Shown: piece by piece, positions 54,587 through 64,000 of the stretch
How positions within the stretch are numbered: the first letter of the stretch is position 1
Layout: every line of letters starts with the position of its first letter
Origin: an uncultured Gemmatimonadales bacterium
Lineage (GTDB): Bacteria; Gemmatimonadota; Gemmatimonadetes; Longimicrobiales; RSA9
DNA: 64,000 nt
NCBI GenBank assembly: GCA_963798085.1
Contig: CAWCRS010000010.1
Coordinates: forward strand, 64,001 to 128,000
Reading direction: 5' to 3'
Made by a program: the position numbers and the translations under genes
The notes under the pieces: model-generated
The model's database searches: none
Told to the model about the DNA's origin: nothing
Seen by the model: the letters and a program-made list of their open reading frames with translations, nothing else

Positions 54587-55734
54587 TGGTTGGCTGCGAA
54601 CTGCAGGAACAGTCCGCCCTCCGTGACAATGGAATCCCCCGCCGCGAGTCCTGACTTGATCTCGTAGCGATCCCCCAGGCGCAGCCCCAGCTGGACCGGC
54701 TTGCGGGTGAAGCCCTCCGCGGTCTGCTGAAAGACAAACGGCAGGTTATCACTGTCGCGCAGCACGGCCGATACCGGGATCAGCAGGCCGCTGCGTTCCC
54801 GCCTCGAGTGCAGCGTCACGCGCACGTACATCGCTTTCTTCAGGAGACCATCGCGGTTGGTCGTTGCGATGCGCACGCCTGTGGCGCGCGTGTCCGCGTC
54901 CACCTCGGCGGCCACGTAGTCGACCCGCCCGTGGAACGCCTCACCGCCCAGGGTCAGCGTGATGTCGGCCGGGTCGCCGACGTGCACGTCCGCGAGATCA
55001 CTCTCGAACACGTTCGCCATCACCCACACGGTCGACATCTCCGCGATCGTGAAGCACGGCGTACTGCCCGCCTGCAGCAGCTGTCCCGGTGTCACCAGGC
55101 GCTCCACCACTTCGCCCGCAATGGGTGCGCGAATCACGCCGTGTGCATTGACCACGGGCTGGCCGTGCTGAATCGCACTCACGGTGGCGGAGTCCGCGCC
55201 CAGCGCGCGCAGCCCCTCGAGTGCGGCGTCGCGGTCCGCTGCGGCCGACGACGCATCCGTTTCCGCCTGCTCGAGGTCCTGCCTCGCCAGCGCGTCATTG
55301 GCGAACAGTGCCGAATCGCGGTGCACTACGCGCTGCGCGTTCAGCAGTGCGACCTCGGCCTTGCGGTACGCCGCGATGTTGTCCGCAAAATCGGGTGACG
55401 CGACGTAGGCGAGAGGATCACCGGCCGCCACACGTGCGCCGGGCTCGACCAGCAGATTCGTCACCGGGCCCGAAATCGAAGAGAGCACCTGCGTGCTCCT
55501 GTCGCCATCGAAATCCACGGTGCCCGTCACGTCGACCGCCGGCGTGAAGCGCGCACTCGCGACCGGCGCGATGTGGAAGCGCGACCGCTGCGCATCCGTC
55601 AACTGGCCTGCCACCGCCGGATCGGCGCCCTCCGGCGTATCACCCCTGCCGCCGCACGCCGCGGCAACGACTACCACGCAGAGCAGTGCTGCGGAGAGGC
55701 GTGCACCGTCCGCCCGCGAGGATTCAGTTCTCAT
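54583..55734 (-). CDS. RND membrane fusion protein (CzcB-like), lipoprotein
   Basis: VAAAC lipobox, IRAPIAGEV, VWVMANVFE, IPVSAV. Confidence 0.9.
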   Translation of the reverse strand: MRTESSRADGARLSAALLCVVVVAAACGGRGDTPEGADPAVAGQLTDAQRSRFHIAPVASARFTPAVDVTGTVDFDGDRSTQVLSSISGPVTNLLVEPGARVAAGDPLAYVASPDFADNIAAYRKAEVALLNAQRVVHRDSALFANDALARQDLEQAETDASSAAADRDAALEGLRALGADSATVSAIQHGQPVVNAHGVIRAPIAGEVVERLVTPGQLLQAGSTPCFTIAEMSTVWVMANVFESDLADVHVGDPADITLTLGGEAFHGRVDYVAAEVDADTRATGVRIATTNRDGLLKKAMYVRVTLHSRRERSGLLIPVSAVLRDSDNLPFVFQQTAEGFTRKPVQLGLRLGDRYEIKSGLAAGDSIVTEGGLFLQFAANQ

Positions 55735-57040
55735 GAGTATCTCCATTGCCGATGCTGTCGAGTGCAACGCCCACAGCCCGTTCGAGGTCGGCGCGCGCAT
55801 CATTCGCGGCTCCCAGTGCCTCCGCGTATTGGCTTTCTGCGTCCAGCAGTGTGCGGCGGGTGTCGAGCACTTCCAGTGCGGATGAACCGCCCAGGCCATA
55901 GCTCACGGTCGCAATGCGAAAGGCTTCGCGCGCCTCGGGCAGCAGCTGGTCGCGAATGTAGATCGCCTGCTGCAGTGCCGTGGCGGCCGTGGCGTACGCG
56001 GTGCGCACGTCTTCGTCCACCTGCGCTGTAAGATCGTGATCGTCCGCTTCCAGCTGCCGCTCGAAGTGCTTGGCCTCCGCCACTTCGCCGGCCTGGTGGT
56101 TCCAGAAGAACAGCGGCACGCTGATGCCGATCCCTGTGGTGAAGCTGTTGGGTGCCCCCGACGCCACGTTCTTCTGTACCGAGATGTCAATGTCGGGCAG
56201 CCAGTACGACCGGGCCAGCGACGTGGCCGAATGCGCGCCGGCTCGCTGCCGGGCCATGCCCAGCAGCTCGGGACGCCGCTGCAGCGCGAGCTGCTCCAGC
56301 ACCGCCAGCTGCGGGATCGCCTCCGGTACGACCAGCGAATCCGCCGCCTCGAGCGACGCCCCGAGGATGCGACCCATGATGCGATTCAGCGCCGAGCGCG
56401 CGTTGGCCACGTCACGCGTGTTGGCGATCAACGCGTTCTCGGCCTGTGCCAGGTCCACTTGCGCCTTGATCACATCGAGTCGCGCGACACTGCCCTGATT
56501 GAAGCGCGCCGTGGTCTTGTCCACGAACTGCTGCGCCAGTCCCCGGCTCTCCTGCAGATCGCTCTGGTGCTGCAGTGCGACGAGCAGCGCGTCGTACGAC
56601 TGCGCGGCGCTCGCCGCCGTCTGCTGACGCAGCTGTTCGTACGAGAATTCCGCCGTTGCCACATCGGCGCTCCCCACGCGATGCCGCAGCACGAACTTGC
56701 TGGGAAATGGCACCAGCACGTCGAGGCCGAGATCGCTCCCGCCGTTGACGCCGGGGCGGCGCAGATTCGATTCGCCCACCACATCGGCGGAGAACGCGGG
56801 ATCAGGGAACGCGGTGGCCTCGGCGCGTCGGGCCCTCGCCTGCTCGATCTGCTCGCGCGCCGACGCGAGCGACGGGTTGTGCGCCAGTGCGCTGTCGATG
56901 GCCTGCCGTCGGGTGAGCGTCAGGGGCGGCCCCTGCTGCGCCCGCACGACGGGCGGCAACGCGAGCAGGGCCGCCAGCCCGAGCGCGGCGGAAATGCGCG
57001 ATTTCCTCAACGAACGCCTCCGGATGGTCGGTACGTGCAA
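55724..57040 (-). CDS. TolC/CzcC family outer-membrane efflux protein
   Basis: ALAHNPSL, ISVPLFFWN, LEVLDTRRTL; TTG start with GGGAG SD. Confidence 0.9.
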   Translation of the reverse strand: MHVPTIRRRSLRKSRISAALGLAALLALPPVVRAQQGPPLTLTRRQAIDSALAHNPSLASAREQIEQARARRAEATAFPDPAFSADVVGESNLRRPGVNGGSDLGLDVLVPFPSKFVLRHRVGSADVATAEFSYEQLRQQTAASAAQSYDALLVALQHQSDLQESRGLAQQFVDKTTARFNQGSVARLDVIKAQVDLAQAENALIANTRDVANARSALNRIMGRILGASLEAADSLVVPEAIPQLAVLEQLALQRRPELLGMARQRAGAHSATSLARSYWLPDIDISVQKNVASGAPNSFTTGIGISVPLFFWNHQAGEVAEAKHFERQLEADDHDLTAQVDEDVRTAYATAATALQQAIYIRDQLLPEAREAFRIATVSYGLGGSSALEVLDTRRTLLDAESQYAEALGAANDARADLERAVGVALDSIGNGDTHEN

Positions 57041-57041
57041 C

Positions 57042-57066
57042 CCGGATGCTCCCGCGGGAGCTCCGG
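57042..57066 (-). promoter_or_regulatory. Hairpin sequestering the Shine-Dalgarno sequence of the tolC/czcC gene
   Basis: mRNA reads CCGGAGCUCC-cgcg-GGAGC(a)UCCGG-g-UUG; the SD lies in the 3' arm. Confidence 0.65.
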
Positions 57067-57108
57067 TCGGTGCACTACTGCGCTACTTCGACAATGTGAG
57101 TGGCTGCG

Positions 57109-57453
57109 TCAGACGGGAGACGGTGGGGCGCGGGAAGGAGGTTGCCGCCCAATGGGGGCGCGCGCCGTGATGTGACTGGAAGAAGCAATACGCCGCACGA
57201 CGCGCGTGATGCACTCCCGCGTCGCTTGCGCTACTGGAAGCGTGGACTGCGCCGAGCTGGGGGTGAAGCCCAGCATGCAGTGATCGGCGTGGGTCGCAAC
57301 GCCCACCGCAGACTCGACGTTCGCTCCGGGCGAGTGCGCTGCGCTCCCGCCATGGAAGAGAACCGCGTCGAGCCCGCCGAAGCCGACCTCGCCCAGGAAG
57401 AAGACCGTGGCGAGGAACAGACCGTTGATGGAACGGCGGAGCCGCTGCGACAT
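57109..57453 (-). CDS. Leader/uORF protein with N-terminal hydrophobic segment, HADHC motif and C-terminal RAPP motif (DUF2946/CruR/CutF-like)
   Basis: MSQRLRRSINGLFLATVFFLG...VATHADHCMLG...GRQPPSRAPPSPV*, 114 aa, 68 nt upstream of the efflux operon. Confidence 0.72.
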   Translation of the reverse strand: MSQRLRRSINGLFLATVFFLGEVGFGGLDAVLFHGGSAAHSPGANVESAVGVATHADHCMLGFTPSSAQSTLPVAQATRECITRVVRRIASSSHITARAPIGRQPPSRAPPSPV

Positions 57454-57556
57454 GGGCCCGTGGTACACGGCCGACCCCGAAATGAGCCTCAGCGTCATGA
57501 GTGGCTGTATTTCCCCGTCCACCGGGCCGGCTGTTACAAGGCGGCCGCCGGTCGCT

Positions 57557-60500
57557 TCAATCGCCGCCGACCTCCGGCAATCCCGCTGCACGCAGTCGCG
57601 CGTTGAGTGCGGGAAGGTCACGCGTCCGGACCCCCTGCCAGCGCGCGAGCAGCTGACCGAAGGCCGCGGTCTCACTGGTGATGGCCGCGACCAGCTGCGT
57701 GGTGGGCGTGACATCCGCGTCCTGCAGCATCTCCATGAGCGAAGCGAGCTGGCCGGCCACCGCCGCGAGCCCGGGCGCGCCGCCGCCGCCGCGACCGCCG
57801 CGGCCGCGGCCACCACCGCCCGCGCCTTCGACCGCCGCCGCCGCGGCATCGACTTCATTCACCTGCGTGAGCAGCTCGCCGGTCGCCCGGCCGCGCAGGT
57901 CGTTGAGCTGTGCGCGGACCGTACGCACCTGCTGCTGTGCGGCCGAGTCCTGCCGCAGCGCGCGGTAGAGCTGCAGGCTCATTTGGTACTGCCGCTGCCA
58001 CACCAGCGGCGAGGTCTTCACGCGCGGATCCATGCGCACGGTCAGTGGCGCCTGCTGCGTCGTGCCATTGACAGTCAGGCGCACCGTGTACGTGCCGGGG
58101 AGTACCCACGGGCCCAGCGGCTGCGGCGCCGTGTTGTGCGGTGTCGCCGAAATGGAGAAGCTGACGTTGTCCGCCGCGCCCGGCGGCGGCGACCAGTGCA
58201 GATCCCAGACGAATCTGTGCATGCCCGGTTCGCCCGACAGGATGCGCGTGGGCCGGATCCACCACGAGGGTACGTTGCCGATGTCCGTGATCTCGATCGG
58301 CTTGTCGTCGCTGCTGTATCGCCGAACGACCTGTTGCTGCGCGTCCAGAATCTCGAGCACGACAGGACCATGCGCGGCCGACGCCAGCGAGTAGTCGATC
58401 AGCGCCCCATCCGGCGGATTCTCGCCGGCCGGCTCATCGGGCGGCAGCGGCGTGTCCGGCCACTGGTCCCAGCGGAAACGGTACGCAGCGCCCGGACGGT
58501 ACAGATGTACAGCAGCGGTGGTCGTGGTCGCATTCATCTGCCGCAGCGGCGAGATGTCGTCGAGGATCCAGAAGGAGCGGCCGTGGGTGCCCAGCACCAC
58601 ATCGTTGTCCTTGATCACGAGATCGCGGATCGAAGTCGCGGGCATGTTCAGACGCAGCGACTGCCAGTGGTCGCCATCATCGAAGGACACGTAAACAGCC
58701 TGTTCGGTGCCCGCGAACAGCAGGCCGCGGCGCACACGATCTTCCCGCACCACGTTGACGACGCCGCCGTCGGGAATCCCGTTGGTAATCTGCTGCCAGG
58801 TCTTCCCGCCGTCGTGCGTGCGCCAGAGGTGCGGGCGCAGGTCATCGATGCGAATGGTGTTGACGGCGGCGTACGCCGTCAGCGAGTCGAAGCGGCCCGC
58901 ATCCATGATGGAGATCTTGCTCCAGGGCGTCGCCTTCAGCTTCCGGCGGCGTCACATCCTTCCACGTCTTCCCTGCATCGAAGGTCACGTGGATGAGACC
59001 ATCATCGCTGCCCGCCCAGATCACGTTCGTGGTGCGGTACGAAGGTGCGATGGTGTAGATCACGCCCGGGTGCCGACCCCTGGCCGCGGCGGTATTCGCG
59101 TACACGCCCACGCTCGCCGGCAGCACGCTGTCAGTGCGCGTCAGGTCCGGACTGATCTGCGTCCAGCTCTGACCACCCGTCGTCGTCTTCCACACCGTGT
59201 TGGACGCGAAGTACAGGATATGCGGATCGACGGTCGAGAACACCAGCGGCGCGGTGCGCAGCGTGCGATAGTCGCCGGCGCCGCCGCTGCGGCCCACGCG
59301 CGGCGACACGTTCTGCACCTGCCCGGTACGCCGGTCGTAGCGCGAGACCTTGCCGCCATAGACGATGTCCGGGTCGAGCGGATCGGGCGCCACGTAGCCG
59401 TACTCCTCGACGCCCACCGGATGCCACTCGCTGAACGTGATGCGGCCATCATCACTGCGACTCTGCACACACACCGAGCCGCTCTCCTGCTGCCCGCTGC
59501 ACACGCGATAGGGGAAGGCATTGTCGGTCATCACGTGATACATCTGACGCGGTGGGCTGGTTGTACCACGAGCTGAACGTCTCGCCGCCGTTCACCGTGA
59601 TGATCGCGCCCTGGTCCGACGCGATGAGAATGATGTCCGGGTTCTTCGGGTTGATCCACAGGCGGTGGTAATCATCACCGCCGGGCGCGCCGCGGAACGC
59701 CTTCCACGTGCGCCCGCCGTCCATGGACTTCCAGGAGACGACACTGCCCGTGTAGACAATGTCCGGGTTCATGGGATCGACCTTTACTTCCGCGAAGTCC
59801 GACGGCCGCGAGGCGGCGCGCGCGTCGTCCGTGATGCGGCGCCAGCTCTCCCCGGCGTCGTCGCTGCGGTAGACCCAGCCCTGGCCGTCGGATCTCGACG
59901 GTGGCGTACAGCCGGCGACGGGTCGCTGGGCGCGACGGTGATGCCGATGCGGCCGAGTCCGTCTGCGAAGGTGGGCAGGCCCTGCGTCAGCGGGCGCCAG
60001 GTGTCGCCGCCATCCGTCGACTTGAAAATACCGCTGTTAGGCCCCGTGAACGCCGCATTCTCCCACGGTCCCTGCCGCGCCTGCCATAACACGGCATACA
60101 CAGTGTTGGCGTCGCGCGGATCGAACGCCAGATCGACGGCGCCCGTGTCTTCATCCTTGTACAGCACCTTCTGGAACGTGCGCCCGCCGTCCACCGAGCG
60201 GTACACGCCACGCTCCGCATTGGGACCGTACGGGTGACCGAGCACGGCGACGAAGAGCCGGTCGGGATTCGCCGGATCGATGATGATCTGCGGAATCTGC
60301 TGCCCATCGCGCAGCCCGAGATGCGTCCACGTCCTTCCCGCATCGGTCGACTTGTAGATGCCGTCGCCCGTCGCCAGGTCGGGCCGCTGCAGACCTTCGC
60401 CGCTGCCCACGACACGATGTCGGGATTCGATGGCGCCACCGCGATCGCGCCAATGGAGCCGTTCGGCTCATCATCGAAGATCGGATTCCACGTACGTCCA

Positions 60501-60736
60501 TAATCCGTCGTCTTCCACACGCCGCCGTTCACCACGCCCATATAGAACACGTTCGGCTGGTCCGGCACGCCCGCGGCGGCTTTCGTCCGCCCGCCCCGAT
60601 GCGGGCCGATCATGCGCCAGCGCAGCTCGCGCAGCTGCGCCCCGTCCACCGACTGCGCCGACGCAACCGTCGTGTGGCAGGCAACGAATGCCAGCGCCAG
60701 ACTCACGGGCGCGGCGGCGCGCAGGTATGCACGCAT
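57557..60736 (-). CDS. BNR/Asp-box (VPS10/sortilin-like) glycosyl hydrolase (at least 4 frameshifts, near 60412, 59900, 59546 and 58930)
   Basis: LRWRMIGPHRGGR, repeated KSTDxGxTW Asp-boxes, GDDYHRLWINP, GTHGRSFWILDD, PGTYTVRL; fragments collinear. Confidence 0.85.
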
Positions 60737-60931
60737 GAGGTGTGACTCCGTGATCGGTGTACCGCCAGCCGCGCGGCCGCGCGGGCCGGCCGCCTCATGC
60801 TACCGTGCGCCCACGCGCCCCGGCAACCGCAGCGGCTCCCCGTCGTTGCGCTGGCGGCAGCGCACTTGCCCGCCGCGGTCTCTTATCATACGATGTCAGA
60901 TGAAAACCCTGACATCGTCAGCAGGACAACC

Positions 60932-61264
60932 ATGCCGACTACCGAAATACAGGGAGAGTTCGAACATCAGGTGCTGCTGGCCGCACTGCGCCTGGGCAAT
61001 GCCGCGTTCACTGCCGCCATCGTGCTGGAGCTGGAGGACAAGTCACAGCGTTCCGTGGCGCCGGCCGCGGTATACGTGGCGCTGCGGCGGCTGGAGAAGA
61101 AGAAGCTGGTGCGTTCCGCGCTGCGCACGGGAGACGACCATGGACAGCTGCGCGAGCGGCGTTTCTTCCTGGTTACCAGTCATGGCGTGGATGCGCTGCG
61201 TGCGACGCGGGCCCGGCTGGGCCGGCTCTGGTCGGGTCTGGAAACGATTCTGGCGGAGCGCTGA
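60932..61264 (+). CDS. PadR family transcriptional regulator
   Basis: GEFEHQVLLA, AVYVALRRLEKKKLV, RRFFLVT..G. Confidence 0.88.
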   Translation: MPTTEIQGEFEHQVLLAALRLGNAAFTAAIVLELEDKSQRSVAPAAVYVALRRLEKKKLVRSALRTGDDHGQLRERRFFLVTSHGVDALRATRARLGRLWSGLETILAER

Positions 61265-61266
61265 CC

Positions 61267-63978
61267 ATGTCTGTCTCGTCGCGGGACGTGCAGCCGCCGC
61301 GCTTGATGCGCTGGCTGCTGGGCCGGCTGCTGCCCCGCCGGGAGCGTGCGAATCTGCTCGGCGAGCTGGCGGACCTCTACCGGCACCGGCAGCAACGCGA
61401 AGGTCGCACGCGCGCGCAACTCTGGTATGCCTGGCACACACTGGCGTTTCCGCTGCGGCTGCGTGTGGAAGCGCTGCTGGATGGGTTGCGGTCATCGGCC
61501 GGCCTCGTGGAATCGAGCGGCCGCGACCTGCGGCAGGGCGCGCGTCTGCTGCTGCGCCGTCCCGGCTATGCGCTGGCCAACATCGTCACGCTGGCCATCG
61601 GGCTGGGTGGTCTGGCCACGGTCTACTGCGCCGCAAACTGGGTGTTATTGCGACCCGTGCCCGGCGTGCGGGCTGCCGGCTCGCTGGTCACGGTGCAGCT
61701 CGAGGTGAAATCGGAGGGCAGCCCGGCGTTTCCGGTTTCCGATCCGGATCTGCGCACGCTGGCGGAGCGCAGCCACGCGCTGAGCGGTCTGGTCGGAAGC
61801 TTCGAGGCGGATGTCAACGCCAGCCTCGCGGCCGGTGGCGAACCCCGCCGGCTGAGGGCCGCAGCCGTGAGCGCGGGCTGGTTTCAGCTGCTGGGTGTGC
61901 GCGCGGTGCTGGGCCGTGTCTTCGCCGAAGAGGGTCCGGATGCCGGCGCTGGCGTGGTGATCAGTCAACAGCTCTGGCGGGAGGCGTGGGCCGGCTCGCC
62001 GGGTGCGCTGGGCAGCACCATTCGCGTGAATGCGCGACCGTTCGTCGTGATCGGCGTCGCTCCCTCCGGCTTTCACGGCGCCGAGCTTCCGGGCGAGGTG
62101 CAGCTGTGGCTGTCAGGCGAAGCGCTGCCGGTCATTGATCCGGGCCTCAGGCGGGACGTTCTCGAGGACCGCGGTGTGGCGATCTGGACGGGACTCGTGG
62201 GCCGGCTGGCGGCCGGCGCCAGCGCGGACCAGATACCCGCGGAAGGCGCCGCGACCATGGCGGCAGTACGGGCTGCGTACCGGCGCCACTCGTACTACGC
62301 GGATTATGTGTTGCGTGCCTACCCGGGTGTGGGCCTGTCACCCCGCCTGCGTCAACCGGTGCGGCGCACGCTGTCGCTGCTGGCCGGCGCCGCCGTATTC
62401 CTGCTGCTGCTGGCGCTGGCGAATGTCACAAACCTGGCGTTAGTACACGGCGCGGCGCGTGCCGGCGATGCGGCCGTGCATGCCGCGCTGGGCGCCAGCC
62501 GCTGGCGTCTGGGGCGGCGCGTACTCGCCGAACAGCTGCTGCTGGGCCTGGCCGGTGGCGCGGGCGGTGTTCTGGTGGCTGGCGTCGTGACCCGCGGCTT
62601 CGGCCACGCCAGCCTGTCGGCGCTGGGCGCCTCGCTGGAAGGCATTCGCCTGGATGGGCGCGTGGTGACGTTCACCATGGCCGCCGCGCTCTCGAGCACG
62701 CTGTTAGCGGGCGCCCTGCCGGCCGTGGCCGGCGGCGCCGGCCGGCTGCTGCCCGCGCTGAGCGGCCGGCGCCAGGGCCTGCGCCGCACGGGGCGGGTGC
62801 AGTCCGCGCTCGTCGTGTTGCAGGTCACGCTGTCTCTGCTGCTGGTCGTGGGCGCGGGCCTGCTGGTCCGCAGCGTGATCAGACTGCGCAATGCGGACCC
62901 GGGCTTCGAGCCGGACCGTGCACTGGGCTTTTCCCTGGCGCCGGAGCTTCAGGGATACGACGCGGCGGGCCGGCGTGAGCTCATGGCGAGCGTGGAAGCC
63001 GGCCTCGCCGGCCAGCCCGGTGTGCTCGCGATGGGCTTCGTGGCGCCAGCGCCCATCCGACCGTACTACGTGACCATCGCCGTTTTCCCCAGCGAAGGCA
63101 CGTGGGAAACGAGTCACATCATTGGCGCACAGTTGCAGGTCACGGCCGGCTTCCTGGCCGCGGCCGGTGCGCATCTGCTGGCGGGCCGTCAATTCGAGCC
63201 GGACGAAGACCGTCGTGTTGCCGCCGGCGAGGATCCGGTCGTCATCATTTCCCGGTCCGTGGCGAGGACCGCATGGCCGGGTCTCGCGCCGGCGGACGTG
63301 ATCGGGCGCAAGCTTTCCCGACCGGACGGAAAGGCCGCGCCGATGCGCGTGGTCGGCGTGATCGACGACATGCGGCTGATGGGTGTGGCCGCCACGGTAC
63401 CGCCCGTGATCGTGTTGCCCTGGGAAGGCGGCATCGACAGCGAGGTGAACGGTTGGGTGCGCGTGCGCGGGCGGCCGCGTGATTTCGCTTCGCTCGTGCG
63501 CGGCGTCGTCAGCGGGCTGGATGCGGCGCTGCCCGTCTATCGTGTGCGTGGTGTGCGGGCGGATCTCGACGATCTCGTCATCGAGCAGCGCGTCGTGACC
63601 TGGCTCGCGGTTGGCCTGGCGCTGGTTGGATTGTTCCTCGCCGGTGTCGGGCTGCACGGCGTACTCGGCTACGCGGTCACGCAACGCCGCCGCGAGATCG
63701 GTGTGCGCGCCGCGCTCGGTGCCGGAACGGGACGGATCATGGGCCGCCTGATCCGCGATGGCCTGGTGTTGAGCGGTTGCGGTATTGTTCTCGGCGGCGC
63801 CGGCGCCCTCGCGCTCACGCGCGTACTCGCAGCTCGCCTCTTCCAGATCACGCCGCTGGATCCGCTCGCCTGGGCCGCAGGCATGGCGCTGCTCACGCTG
63901 ATGACGGTGCTTGCCGTCTGGGCACCCGTACGCCGCTCGCTCCGCATCTCGCCGCGCGAAGCGCTGTCCGCGGAGTGA
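61267..63978 (+). CDS. ADOP-type duplicated MacB/FtsX ABC permease
   Basis: PPRLMRWLL prefix, DLRQGARLLLRRPGYA, ANVTNL, QRRREIGVRAALGA; directly follows PadR. Confidence 0.9.
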   Translation: MSVSSRDVQPPRLMRWLLGRLLPRRERANLLGELADLYRHRQQREGRTRAQLWYAWHTLAFPLRLRVEALLDGLRSSAGLVESSGRDLRQGARLLLRRPGYALANIVTLAIGLGGLATVYCAANWVLLRPVPGVRAAGSLVTVQLEVKSEGSPAFPVSDPDLRTLAERSHALSGLVGSFEADVNASLAAGGEPRRLRAAAVSAGWFQLLGVRAVLGRVFAEEGPDAGAGVVISQQLWREAWAGSPGALGSTIRVNARPFVVIGVAPSGFHGAELPGEVQLWLSGEALPVIDPGLRRDVLEDRGVAIWTGLVGRLAAGASADQIPAEGAATMAAVRAAYRRHSYYADYVLRAYPGVGLSPRLRQPVRRTLSLLAGAAVFLLLLALANVTNLALVHGAARAGDAAVHAALGASRWRLGRRVLAEQLLLGLAGGAGGVLVAGVVTRGFGHASLSALGASLEGIRLDGRVVTFTMAAALSSTLLAGALPAVAGGAGRLLPALSGRRQGLRRTGRVQSALVVLQVTLSLLLVVGAGLLVRSVIRLRNADPGFEPDRALGFSLAPELQGYDAAGRRELMASVEAGLAGQPGVLAMGFVAPAPIRPYYVTIAVFPSEGTWETSHIIGAQLQVTAGFLAAAGAHLLAGRQFEPDEDRRVAAGEDPVVIISRSVARTAWPGLAPADVIGRKLSRPDGKAAPMRVVGVIDDMRLMGVAATVPPVIVLPWEGGIDSEVNGWVRVRGRPRDFASLVRGVVSGLDAALPVYRVRGVRADLDDLVIEQRVVTWLAVGLALVGLFLAGVGLHGVLGYAVTQRRREIGVRAALGAGTGRIMGRLIRDGLVLSGCGIVLGGAGALALTRVLAARLFQITPLDPLAWAAGMALLTLMTVLAVWAPVRRSLRISPREALSAE

Positions 63979-64000
63979 ATCGGGCTTGCGCTTGGGCTGG

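Noticed and set aside
57557..60736. Pseudogene or programmed frameshifting in the BNR hydrolase
   Set aside because: No slippery sites were seen, motifs are intact, and the same indel pattern affects the respiratory genes; treated as sequence error, though reads are needed to exclude decay.

Overview
GC-rich, gene-dense bacterial window. The PadR+ADOP permeases, BNR-repeat hydrolase and alternative complex III suggest Gemmatimonadota or an Acidobacteriota-like host (inference only). Contents, left to right: a CotH-kinase/DUF4956/metallophosphoesterase module; alternative complex III (actABCDEF); lipoprotein + histidine kinase, tRNA-Asn and a LuxR-type regulator; an aerobic anthranilate-CoA catabolic cluster with an isatin-hydrolase-like cyclase and a split ThDP decarboxylase, punctuated by three palindromic intergenic repeat clusters; ABC ATPase + ABC-2/M1 peptidase fusion; MarR/SRPBCC; a kinase-M23-aminotransferase III fusion; a seven-gene operon joining four multiheme cytochromes (42 CxxCH + 2 CX4CH motifs) and a putative beta-barrel porin to a Rieske/cytochrome b pair; trehalase; a CzcCBA-type efflux operon preceded by a RAPP-motif leader ORF and an SD-sequestering hairpin; a BNR glycosyl hydrolase; and PadR+ADOP. 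The best candidates for undescribed systems are the porin-multiheme-Rieske/cytb conduit (39.4-47.5 kb), the RAPP leader on the efflux pump and the palindromic repeats. About 11 frameshifts in otherwise intact genes look like long-read indel errors. All family calls come from motif recognition by eye; no searches were run.
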